Part shown: in pieces, positions 56,417-64,000 of the stretch
Layout: every line of letters begins with the position of its first letter
Numbering within the stretch: the stretch's first letter is position 1
DNA from: Syntrophomonadaceae bacterium
GTDB lineage: Bacteria; Bacillota; Dethiobacteria; DTU022
Reading direction: 5' to 3'
NCBI GenBank assembly: GCA_003554395.1
Contig: PWGD01000148.1
Location: 5,958-69,957, forward strand
DNA: 64,000 bases
The notes under the pieces: model-generated
Told to the model about the DNA's origin: nothing
The model's database searches: none
The model's input: only the letters and a program-made list of their open reading frames with translations
Made by a program: the position numbers and the translations under genes

Positions 56417-57595
56417 TTGAAAATCGGCATATTTACAGATAGCTTTCGACCTTATACCAGTGGCGTGGTCAGATCGATCGAGCTGTTTTCACGTGAATTT
56501 AGCAACCAGGGGCATGAAGTTTATATCTTTGGGCCGGATTATCCTCTGCTGCATCCACCTGCAGAAAAGGACGTATTTCGTTTTATATCTGTTCCGGCCC
56601 CTACGATGCCTGAATTTGCTCTACCCATTCCAATTTCAACCCAGCTGGGTAAAACCATCAAACATGTTGGACTGGACATCATCCACAGCCATTCTCCTTT
56701 TTTGCTTGGGCGCCTGGGCGCACGGGCAGCCCGACGTTACAAGTTACCTTTAATATTTACTTTTCATACCCTTTACGATCAGTATGTGCACTATTTCCCC
56801 TTTGCCCGGCAGGCTTCAAAGCAAGTAGTGCAAAGAATCAGCCGCAACTTCTGCAACCGCTGCAACAGGGTGATCGCTCCTTCCAATATGATAGTAAGTT
56901 ACCTGCAGCATATAGGGGTCAAAACGCCGATTACGAATATTCCTACCGGGGTGGACTTAGATGAATTTACCAACCTTAACCCCAATTGGTTGGAAGAAAA
57001 TTACAATATTAAACCGGAAGAAAAAGTCCTCCTTTTTGTAGGGCGGTTAGGGCAGGAAAAAAATGTATCTTTCTTAATCAGGGCATTTCACACTGTTCAA
57101 TCCACTTACCCTGAATGCCATCTGGTCTTGGTCGGTAAAGGGCCGCAGGAAAATTCATTGCGCCGGTTCTGCAAAGAGCGCGGTATCCTGGACAAGGTTA
57201 CTTTTACCGGGGTTCTGCCCCGACAAAAAATAGTTCACTGTTATGCCAGTGCAGATTTATTTGTTTTCCCATCAGTTACGGAAACCCAGGGTCTGGTAAT
57301 CGGAGAAGCCAAGGCTACCGGTTTGCCGGTAGTGGCCATCAGGGCCTTTGGGCCGGCTGAAATGGTTAACCATGGTGAAGACGGCTTTTTAACCGACCCC
57401 TCCCTTCCCTCTTTCACCACTGCAATCATCGACCTTTTGGAAAACAAGGAGCTGTACAACCGAATGAGCAAACAGGCTAGCAAAAACGTTTCCTTAATTT
57501 CTTCAGTATTCTGCGCGCAAAGAATGCTGGAAGTATATCAGGAACTGCTCGATCAAAATGCTTACGCCCCGCCTTATAGCTTTTATACCGGTTGA
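56417..57595 (+). CDS. GT4-family (GT-B fold) glycosyltransferase, similar to diacylglycerol glucosyltransferases
   Basis: The N-terminus KIGIFTDSFRPYTSGVVRSI and the C-terminal EX7E-type region (…FPSVTETQGLVIGEAKATGLPVVA…) are present. The likely start is TTG 56417, after GGGAGG. The ORF track's 5' extension (56276) overlaps the CapA-like gene. Confidence 0.8.
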   Translation: MKIGIFTDSFRPYTSGVVRSIELFSREFSNQGHEVYIFGPDYPLLHPPAEKDVFRFISVPAPTMPEFALPIPISTQLGKTIKHVGLDIIHSHSPFLLGRLGARAARRYKLPLIFTFHTLYDQYVHYFPFARQASKQVVQRISRNFCNRCNRVIAPSNMIVSYLQHIGVKTPITNIPTGVDLDEFTNLNPNWLEENYNIKPEEKVLLFVGRLGQEKNVSFLIRAFHTVQSTYPECHLVLVGKGPQENSLRRFCKERGILDKVTFTGVLPRQKIVHCYASADLFVFPSVTETQGLVIGEAKATGLPVVAIRAFGPAEMVNHGEDGFLTDPSLPSFTTAIIDLLENKELYNRMSKQASKNVSLISSVFCAQRMLEVYQELLDQNAYAPPYSFYTG

Positions 57596-57631
57596 TCCAA
57601 CCCCCTAAAATAGTTATAATAATAATTGCGG

Positions 57632-57705
57632 TGCGGGATGGTGTAGCGGCAGCACGGGTGACTCTGGATCACCAAGCCTAGGTTCGATCCCTAGTCCCGC
57701 AGCCA
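57632..57705 (+). tRNA. tRNA-Gln (anticodon CTG)
   Basis: UGCGGGA…GGUGACUCUGGAUCACC…CUAGGUUCGAUCCCUAG…UCCCGCAGCCA. The acceptor stem is 7 bp and the anticodon is CUG. Length is 74 nt. Confidence 0.75.
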
Positions 57706-57706
57706 G

Positions 57707-57725
57707 GCAAAAAACCCGGTCCGGG
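57707..57725 (-). terminator. Short GC hairpin plus U6 on the minus strand (candidate gltX terminator)
   Basis: The minus strand reads CCCGG-A-CCGGG then UUUUUU. Confidence 0.35.
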
Positions 57726-57841
57726 AAGGCCTGGATTAATATACTAATGATAACTGCCGTTCAGCCAGGTAATTATTAAGTAAGCCCTCTGTTTAACAAA
57801 CAGCGGGCTTTCCTAAACAATCGAAACGGAGGACACATCTT

Positions 57842-57964
57842 ATGTGGCAATTAATATCCGGGATTATCTTAATCGGTATCTTTTTTATCCTTGTTATTAT
57901 GCTTAAAAGAGGTTACGAGATTAAAGAACAGGAAAAAAAGGAATCAGGCAAAAATAAAAAATAA
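57842..57964 (+). CDS. Candidate 40-aa small membrane peptide (MWQLISGIILIGIFFILVIMLKRGYEIKEQEKKESGKNKK)
   Basis: GGAGG lies 8 nt upstream of the ATG. The peptide is one hydrophobic helix followed by a Lys/Glu-rich tail. It is shorter than the ORF-track cutoff. Confidence 0.4.
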   Translation: MWQLISGIILIGIFFILVIMLKRGYEIKEQEKKESGKNKK

Positions 57965-57967
57965 GTT

Positions 57968-59416
57968 TCAGTTGTTCAAAATGTATTGCGCCGCTTTTTT
58001 TAGCCTTTCGACTGTCCTTTCCCGGCCCAGCAGAGTCATAATTTCGAATAGCCCCGGTCCGGCCGTGCGGCCGGTTAAAGCCAGGCGGGTAGGGTGTATA
58101 AGGCGGCCGGTGGAAACGCCCAGGTTTTCACTAATAGATTTGTACAGGGCTTCGATAGATTCCTTGTCGTATGGTTCAAGCTTTTGCAACTCCTCTGCCA
58201 CCCTAAGTAAATAATCGGCCGTATTATCTTTAGAGAAATGCTTACTGATCCCTTTTTCATCATATTCAAAACGGTCATGGTAAAAGTAGGCGGATGCATC
58301 GGCCAGTTCAGCCAGGGTTTTTACCCTTTCTCGCACGGTAGCGATAATCTGCTTTAAATAATTAAAGTCATTTTCTGTTAGTGGAGATTTAACTAAATCC
58401 TTTTGTTCAAAAAAAGGAACAGCTATTTCAGTCAATTTATCAAGATCATACTCGCGCATATAATGGCCGTTCATCCATCCCAACTTGGTCACATCATAAA
58501 TAGCGGCTGTTTTAGTCACTTTGTTTAAATCAAACCTTTTTACCATTTCGTCCAGGGTAAAAATTTCTTCTTCGCCGCCAGCTCCGGGAGACCACCCCAG
58601 CAAAGCCATATAGTTAACCAGTGCTTCCGGTAGGAAACCTTCAGCATAAAACTCTTCTACGGAAGTCGCCCCGTGCCTTTTACTCAGTTTACTGCGGTCC
58701 GGGGCCAGGATCATAGGAACATGGGCAAAGCGCGGTAAATCATAGCCCAGGGCATTAGCGCAAAGTTGTTGCCGGGGAGTATTGGAAAGATGTTCTTCGG
58801 CCCGAATTACATCAGTTATCCCCATCTGCAAATCGTCTACGATGCTGGCAAAATTATAGGTAGGCAGGCCGTTTGATTTGATAATAATGAAATCGTCTAG
58901 ATAGGCGTTTTCAAAACTTACCTCTGCCCTGATTTGATCCTGGACCATGGTGACACCCTGATCCGGAGTCAAAAGCCTGATGACCGGGTTTATGCCGGCT
59001 TTGCGAAAAGCTTCTTCCTGATCCTCATTCAGGTTGCGGCAGGTTCCCGGATAAAGGTAAGCCCGGTTTTCTTGGCGCGCTTCAGACCGGCCGTCTGCCA
59101 GGACTTCTGCGCTGCAGTAACAGCGATAAGCTTTATTATCAGCAAGCAGCCGTTCAGCCTCCCTGGTGTATTCTGCAAGCCTGTTAGACTGGTAATATGG
59201 GCCTTCGTCCCATTCCAGGCCCAGCCAGCGTAAAGAAGTAATCAGTTTTTCAATATAGTCGGAGCGCGAACGTTCCAGGTAGGTGTCATCGATACGAAGC
59301 ACCAAATCTCCGCCGGCGCTTCGCGCAAACAGGTAATTGAATAGGGCTGTGCGGGCTCCGCCTATGTGCAATTCTCCGGTTGGGCTTGGTGCAAACCTTA
59401 CTCTAACCCCAGACAA
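57968..59416 (-). CDS. gltX: Glutamyl-tRNA synthetase
   Basis: The N-terminus is VRVRFAPSPTGELHIGGARTALFNYL (HIGH motif) and the KMSKS-type motif is KLSKRHG. TTG start with GAGGTG upstream. Confidence 0.95.
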   Translation of the reverse strand: MSGVRVRFAPSPTGELHIGGARTALFNYLFARSAGGDLVLRIDDTYLERSRSDYIEKLITSLRWLGLEWDEGPYYQSNRLAEYTREAERLLADNKAYRCYCSAEVLADGRSEARQENRAYLYPGTCRNLNEDQEEAFRKAGINPVIRLLTPDQGVTMVQDQIRAEVSFENAYLDDFIIIKSNGLPTYNFASIVDDLQMGITDVIRAEEHLSNTPRQQLCANALGYDLPRFAHVPMILAPDRSKLSKRHGATSVEEFYAEGFLPEALVNYMALLGWSPGAGGEEEIFTLDEMVKRFDLNKVTKTAAIYDVTKLGWMNGHYMREYDLDKLTEIAVPFFEQKDLVKSPLTENDFNYLKQIIATVRERVKTLAELADASAYFYHDRFEYDEKGISKHFSKDNTADYLLRVAEELQKLEPYDKESIEALYKSISENLGVSTGRLIHPTRLALTGRTAGPGLFEIMTLLGRERTVERLKKAAQYILNN

Positions 59417-59502
59417 AAAAACACCTCATTTCTCGTGCTTTAAAACAAATATCCCGCTTTAAGGATCAATAATGCATTTCCGCTCCTGATGATTATAGCC
59501 GG

Positions 59503-60633
59503 TTACCCGAGAATCGAGAGCAGAATCCCGGCCGCTACAGCGGAACCTATTACCCCTGCTACATTAGGACCCATAGCATGCATCAATAAATAATTGTTTG
59601 GATTTTCTTTTTTTCCGACTGACTGCGAAACCCGGGCTGCCATGGGAACCGCAGATACTCCTGCCGATCCGATCAAGGGATTAATTTTACCGCCGGTTAT
59701 AATGTTAAGCAGCTTACCCATTAACACACCGGTTGCAGTACCGAAAGCAAAAGCACCCAGTCCAAGCAGAATAATTTTTAGTGTATCCGGGGTTAAAAAA
59801 TAAGCGGCTGAAGCCTTGGCGCCGACGGTTAAACCCAGGAATATAACCACAATATTGTTTAATTCATTTTGGGCCCCTTTGCTTAAACGTTCGGTTACGC
59901 CGGTTTCCCTGATTAGATTGCCAAACATCAGCATACCTAAAAGCGGTAAAGCGGCAGGTAGCAATAAGCCGGTCAAAATAATTACTATGATCGGAAATAA
60001 AATCTTTTCCTTTTTTGACACGGGTCTTAACTGTTCCATAATTACCCGGCGCTCTTTTTTACTGGTTAACAAATACATGATCGGGGGTTGAATAATCGGG
60101 ACAAGAGCCATATAGGAGTAGGCAGCAATGGCAATCGAACCTAAAAGTTCGGGTGCCAGCCGGCTGGCAATAAAAATCGCTGTCGGGCCGTCTGCCCCGC
60201 CGATTATTCCGATGGCCCCGGCTTCAGGAGCTGAAAAACCTAAATACATGGCGCCCATAAAAGTTAAAAAAATCCCAAACTGCGCTGCGGCACCCAATAA
60301 AAGGGTGATAGGATTGGCAATCAAAGGGCCAAAATCAGTCATAGCTCCGACGCCCAGGAAAATTAAGGGAGGATAAATGCCGAGTTCCAAACCGAGAGAC
60401 AGGTAATAGAGCAGTCCGCCCACATTGCCGCCGGCACCCGGATCCATCAGGTCGCCCAGCGGCAGGTTAACCAGCAGGACCCCGAAGGCAATCGGAACCA
60501 GCAGTAATGGTTCGTACTTCTTCGCTATCCCCAGGTAAAGCAGGATGCAGGCTATGACGATCATTATTATATCGTTAACATTAAGATTATAATAGCCGGT
60601 GCTCTTTAAAAACTCAATCAGTAATTCCGTCAT
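59503..60633 (-). CDS. Na+-translocating decarboxylase beta subunit (OadB/GcdB/MmdB family)
   Basis: It is a ~376-aa polytopic membrane protein. The N-terminus [17 protein letters not shown]…[16 protein letters not shown] is typical of the sodium-pump decarboxylase beta subunit. Confidence 0.85.
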   Translation of the reverse strand: MTELLIEFLKSTGYYNLNVNDIIMIVIACILLYLGIAKKYEPLLLVPIAFGVLLVNLPLGDLMDPGAGGNVGGLLYYLSLGLELGIYPPLIFLGVGAMTDFGPLIANPITLLLGAAAQFGIFLTFMGAMYLGFSAPEAGAIGIIGGADGPTAIFIASRLAPELLGSIAIAAYSYMALVPIIQPPIMYLLTSKKERRVIMEQLRPVSKKEKILFPIIVIILTGLLLPAALPLLGMLMFGNLIRETGVTERLSKGAQNELNNIVVIFLGLTVGAKASAAYFLTPDTLKIILLGLGAFAFGTATGVLMGKLLNIITGGKINPLIGSAGVSAVPMAARVSQSVGKKENPNNYLLMHAMGPNVAGVIGSAVAAGILLSILG

Positions 60634-60684
60634 GTTAGCTTAACCCCTTTCAAGTTCATCGGAAAGTCTTTTAAAGATGCTATC

Positions 60685-61110
60685 TTAGGACAGCTCAATT
60701 AAGGGGTCTCCGCTGTTGACAGCGTCACCTTTCTTGACCAATATCTTGGAAACGGTGCCCGGCTGGGAAGCGGTAAGTTCATTCTCCATTTTCATAGCTT
60801 CCAGGACCAGCAGGACGTCCCCATCATTAACCGAATCTCCTTCTTTAACTTGCACTTCCAGAACAGAACCGGGCATCGGGGCCTTCAAAACATAGCCTTC
60901 TCCGGTCGATGGAGCCGGTTTGACAGCTTCTTCTTGTTTTGGTTCTGCCGTCGGTGTTTTTTGGGGGGAAACGGATGATGGGCTTTTAGCGGCAGCCTGG
61001 GAAGCGGTGTTCTTAACATTTGCTTCGGATTGTTGGTTTGAATGACCCGGTAATTCTTCCACTTTTACAGTATAAGTTTGGTTGTCAACGGTTACCTTAA
61101 ATGTTTTCAA
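60685..61110 (-). CDS. Biotin carboxyl carrier subunit of the Na+-pumping decarboxylase
   Basis: The biotinyl-lysine motif EAMKMEN is present, preceded by an Ala/Pro-rich linker. Size is 141 aa. Confidence 0.85.
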   Translation of the reverse strand: MKTFKVTVDNQTYTVKVEELPGHSNQQSEANVKNTASQAAAKSPSSVSPQKTPTAEPKQEEAVKPAPSTGEGYVLKAPMPGSVLEVQVKEGDSVNDGDVLLVLEAMKMENELTASQPGTVSKILVKKGDAVNSGDPLIELS

Positions 61111-61498
61111 GTTTTTTCTTCCTCCTAATATTTTCTAACTCTAAACTGCTTTCCAGCAGCTCTTTGCGGCCAAGGAATTTCCATTCGTTTCCTGCCATGC
61201 CGCCTGAAGGATGAACGGCAATGCTGATTGGTCCGGAAAAAACGTGAGATTGCTCAGTTTGCAGATACTGATAGACAGCAGCCAGGATCGCTGCCACTAC
61301 GCGCCGCTCTTCTCCTTCTGATTCTTTTCCAGGCGCAGGCTTTTTTCCCAAAGCAGTCTTTTTTTCAACAGGAGCGGAAGGTGTTCGATAAAGGAAGCGG
61401 TTAAATAAAACCAGGATTCCGTAGAGCCCGAAGAGAGTAACCATAACAACTAAAAAGCCAAGTACTAAGACCTGTAGCGCAAAGTCTAGATTTTCCAT
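61097..61498 (-). CDS. OadG-family small membrane subunit of the Na+-pumping decarboxylase
   Basis: An N-terminal single transmembrane helix (LQVLVLGFLVVMVTLFGLYGILVLF) is followed by a charged tail. It overlaps the start of the carrier-protein gene. Confidence 0.65.
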   Translation of the reverse strand: MENLDFALQVLVLGFLVVMVTLFGLYGILVLFNRFLYRTPSAPVEKKTALGKKPAPGKESEGEERRVVAAILAAVYQYLQTEQSHVFSGPISIAVHPSGGMAGNEWKFLGRKELLESSLELENIRRKKKLENI

Positions 61499-61751
61499 GC
61501 AGCTTTTTTACCTCCATTTCTCCATCTAAACATATTCTATATTGTAGCACTTTCTTTTAGCTATGTAAACGCGAGATTGCGGCATTAAAGGCTTTTTGCA
61601 CCCTCTTATCCCGCCCGGGTTTGCGAGCTCTGATCTGATATAATTTGCATTAATCCAGGTTCTGATCCATAATTATTCCAGTTAAAAATAATTTCGATCC
61701 TGGATAAAATCATGAAGGGAGACTGCCCTGGAAATACAAAGGGCACAGACA

Positions 61752-62228
61752 ATGGCTAAAATTTTGGTTCTCTATTACAGCCGCAGCGGCAATACCCGTA
61801 AAATGGCCGAAGCAGTTGCAGAAGGCGCAAAGGAAACCGGTGCAGATGTGACCTTGAGTGATATAAAAGAATTCGAGCCCAGGCAGCTATTGAAATACGA
61901 TGGAATTGTCGCCGGCTCTCCAACTTATTATGGTATTTTGGCCGGACCGGTAAAAGATTTTTTTGATCGCAGCGTCAAGATACATGGTAAGCTGGAGGGA
62001 AAAGTTGGCGGCGCCTTTGCCAGCGCCATGGCCCTGGGGGGCGGCATTGAAACTACTGTTATGAGCATTCTGCAGATCATGCTCGTCCATGGTATGATTG
62101 TCCAGGGCAAAACCAAAAAAACCCATTTCGGAGCTGTATCTGTAAATGCTCCAGATCAAGAAAGCCGGGAAGAATGCCGGCAGCTGGGAGCGAAGGTCGC
62201 CGCCCTGGCCGCTAAACTATTTGGTTAG
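61752..62228 (+). CDS. Flavodoxin-like FMN protein (WrbA/flavodoxin fold)
   Basis: The N-terminus KILVLYYSRSGNTRKMAE is the flavodoxin FMN phosphate-binding loop. Size is 158 aa. Confidence 0.8.
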   Translation: MAKILVLYYSRSGNTRKMAEAVAEGAKETGADVTLSDIKEFEPRQLLKYDGIVAGSPTYYGILAGPVKDFFDRSVKIHGKLEGKVGGAFASAMALGGGIETTVMSILQIMLVHGMIVQGKTKKTHFGAVSVNAPDQESREECRQLGAKVAALAAKLFG

Positions 62229-62238
62229 AACTATATTA

Positions 62239-63069
62239 TTAACTCACTGAGGAAGCAATTTTTTTCAGCTCGTCCAGGTACTGGCCCGTTATAGCCAGGT
62301 GCCGGGGATAGCGGGTAAATCTTTCCCGATCTCCGTGAAAATCAGAACCACCAGTAATAAGCAACCCTTTTTCATGGGCCATTTCTTGATAATATTTCTT
62401 TTGGGTTGCGCTGTGATCGGGATGAAATACTTCTATACCCTGAAGGCCCAGGGGGATCAGCCTTTCGATAATGGATCTTCCCAGTTCGCCGGGGTGCGCA
62501 ATGACCCTGATTTCCTTAACCTCCCGCAGCAATTCCATGGCCCGCTTTAAAGTCATAAGTCTACGTGGCACATAAGCGTCGCGATCAGGATTAAGGTAAA
62601 ACGAAAAAGCCTCGTTTAGGGTATGGACGTAGTCTTTTTTCAAAAGCAGCCTGGCCAGATGCAGCCTGCCCGGAGCCGAATCGCCGGCTTCGGCTAAAAC
62701 TTCTTCAGGCCCTATTTTAAACCCGAGGTTATTAAGTTTTTGCACAATTTTTTCCATGCGGCTGTATCTTTCTTCCCTGATATCATCCAGTTCAGCATTT
62801 AATTTTTCAGTATTGTGTGGATAATAACCAAGGATATGGATCTCCCTGTTTTTTTCTAAGACGCTTATTTCCACGCCCGGAACCAGTTCCAGGCCATGCT
62901 TCTCCGCCGCCCTGATAGCTTCAGGCAGGCCCTTTACCGTGTCATGGTCAGTTAAGCCGATTGCTGACAGTCCGCTCTCAAAGGCTATTTTAAGCACTTC
63001 AGCGGGACTGTAGAGACCATCTGAAGCATTACTGTGCATATGGAGATCAACAATTTTTGAGTTGTTCAT
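62239..63069 (-). CDS. PHP-domain metal-dependent phosphoesterase (TrpH/YciV-like)
   Basis: The N-terminus VDLHMHSNASDG is the PHP motif I, and further His/Asp motifs are …AHPG… and …GGSDFHG…. Size is 276 aa. Confidence 0.8.
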   Translation of the reverse strand: MNNSKIVDLHMHSNASDGLYSPAEVLKIAFESGLSAIGLTDHDTVKGLPEAIRAAEKHGLELVPGVEISVLEKNREIHILGYYPHNTEKLNAELDDIREERYSRMEKIVQKLNNLGFKIGPEEVLAEAGDSAPGRLHLARLLLKKDYVHTLNEAFSFYLNPDRDAYVPRRLMTLKRAMELLREVKEIRVIAHPGELGRSIIERLIPLGLQGIEVFHPDHSATQKKYYQEMAHEKGLLITGGSDFHGDRERFTRYPRHLAITGQYLDELKKIASSVS

Positions 63070-63203
63070 ATTGCTATTCCCGTTTCTTGGATTCCTTTAC
63101 CTCCATAATATACAAAATCTGCACAAAAAAACACCCTTTAGAGCAGTTGTTAACAAAAGGGTGTTCAGGGCTGGATTACAGGCTGATTTCAGTCCAGCTT
63201 ACT

Positions 63204-63464
63204 TCAACGAGGTTCAATGATCAGCTTAATTGCAGTCCGTTCCTCCCCGTCGATTTCAATATCCGTAAAGGCTGGAATGCAGATCAGGTCGATTCCACCC
63301 GGAGCAACAAACCCCCGGGCAATTGCTACCGCTTTTACAGCCTGGTTGAGGGCTCCGGCTCCAATGGTCTGGACTTCTGCTCCCCCTCTTTCTCTAAGGA
63401 CCCCTGCTAATGCTCCGGCTACCGAATTAGGATTGGATTTTGCTGAGACTTTTAATACTTCCAT
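63204..63464 (-). CDS. spoVS: Stage V sporulation protein S
   Basis: It is 86 aa and near-canonical SpoVS (MEVLKVSAKSNPNSVAGALAGVLRERG…IQTIGAGALNQAVKAVAIARGF…). Confidence 0.9.
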   Translation of the reverse strand: MEVLKVSAKSNPNSVAGALAGVLRERGGAEVQTIGAGALNQAVKAVAIARGFVAPGGIDLICIPAFTDIEIDGEERTAIKLIIEPR

Positions 63465-63556
63465 TTGTTGAGATCCTCCTTTGCGGATTTATGATTAGTA
63501 TTCGACCTAAACAATTTATTTCCTGCCGGAATTATATGAATAATTTGATATAACTG

Positions 63557-64000
63557 TTATATTAAGTCGTAGATGCGCCTTATGAAGAGAGCATTACCGT
63601 TTTCAGCGTCAATTTCTATATCTACAGCATTAAAAACCTCCCTGCCCCCGGATATTTCCAGCTTGTGGGGGAGCTGGGTCAAAAACCTTTTCAAGGGCCC
63701 TTCCCGGTCTACGCCCAAAACAGAGTCATAAAGGCCGGCCATTCCCACATCGGTTATGTAGGCTGTTTTCCCCGGCAAAATCCTCTCATCTGCAGTTTGG
63801 ACATGGCTGTGTGTTCCGATCACAGCGCTTACTTCCCCATTTAAAAACCAGCCCATGGCCTGTTTTTCAGAAGTAGCCTCGGCATGCATATCTACAATTA
63901 TAATGCCGACCTGATCCTTAAGTTCAAACAGTTTCTTTTTCACGGCCCTGAAGGGGCAGTCTACGGGGTCCATAAAAACCCTGCCCATTAAATTGATTAC
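63557..64000 (-). CDS. ymdB: YmdB-type metallophosphoesterase (2',3'-cyclic-nucleotide phosphodiesterase family). The C-terminal part is here and the N-terminus lies beyond the window end.
   Basis: The frame is open to the window edge. The sequence …VDMHAEATSEKQAMGWFLNGEVSAVIGTHSHVQTADERIL…TDVGMAG… matches the YmdB family. The ymdB-spoVS order is as in Bacillus. Confidence 0.75.
   Translation of the reverse strand, partial: VINLMGRVFMDPVDCPFRAVKKKLFELKDQVGIIIVDMHAEATSEKQAMGWFLNGEVSAVIGTHSHVQTADERILPGKTAYITDVGMAGLYDSVLGVDREGPLKRFLTQLPHKLEISGGREVFNAVDIEIDAENGNALFIRRIYDLI

Noticed and set aside
52400-57705. A possible integrated mobile element or genomic island bounded by tRNA-Gln
   Set aside because: The integrase-like gene is truncated, and no direct repeat of the tRNA-Gln 3' end or other att-like repeat was visible. 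Base composition of the block is similar to the flanks. The recombinase is reported as a finding, but no mobile_element feature is called.
1-64000. CRISPR arrays, rRNA genes, tandem repeats and IS elements
   Set aside because: No regularly spaced direct repeats, rRNA-like conserved tracts or transposase-like ORFs were seen on either strand.

Overview
This 64 kb window looks like chromosome from an endospore-forming anaerobic Firmicute, probably a Clostridia-class organism. The evidence is spoVS and ymdB at the 3' end, Cheo-type LexA boxes, a T-box leader, and Stickland-type amino-acid fermentation genes. Coding is dense and mostly on the + strand. I can support about 60 CDS and 6 tRNAs (Leu-CAG, Lys-TTT, Tyr-GTA, Thr-TGT, Trp-CCA, Gln-CTG). 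I see no rRNA or CRISPR, and no clear intact mobile element. The main blocks, in order:
1. The C-terminus of an SPFH protein, a DAG-kinase-like lipid kinase and tRNA-Leu.
2. A thiolase, an ornithine carbamoyltransferase and a 1452-aa fusion of two BadF/BcrA-type ATPase domains with a DUF2229/HgdB-like domain, all on the + strand with short gaps.
3. An SOS-box-preceded Y-family DNA polymerase with a YolD-like partner (convergent), and a YqeC–MocA fusion gene.
4. SAH/MTA salvage genes: a PfkB (adenosine-kinase-like) kinase, ahcY, mtaD, mtnP and mtnA.
5. surE, rtcB, an L-serine dehydratase, then a glycyl-radical enzyme (GCVE eliminase clade) with its activase.
6. A complete ornithine oxidative-fermentation cluster (ord, ortA, ortB, oraS, oraE and a GlmL/MutL-like reactivase), then a class III aminotransferase and proC-proB-proA behind an unassigned 560-bp purine-rich leader.
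7. The conserved run miaB-mutS-mutL-miaA-hfq-hflX, then lexA with an auto-operator and leuA/cimA behind a T-box.
8. A truncated tyrosine-recombinase-like protein with a C-terminal zinc ribbon, followed by a lipoprotein, a CapA-like protein and a GT4 glycosyltransferase, then tRNA-Gln.
9. gltX, an orphan Na+-decarboxylase beta/biotin-carrier/OadG set with no alpha subunit, a flavodoxin, a PHP esterase, spoVS and the 3'-partial ymdB.
All calls rest on motif reading of the supplied translations and manual inspection of intergenic sequence. No database searches were run.
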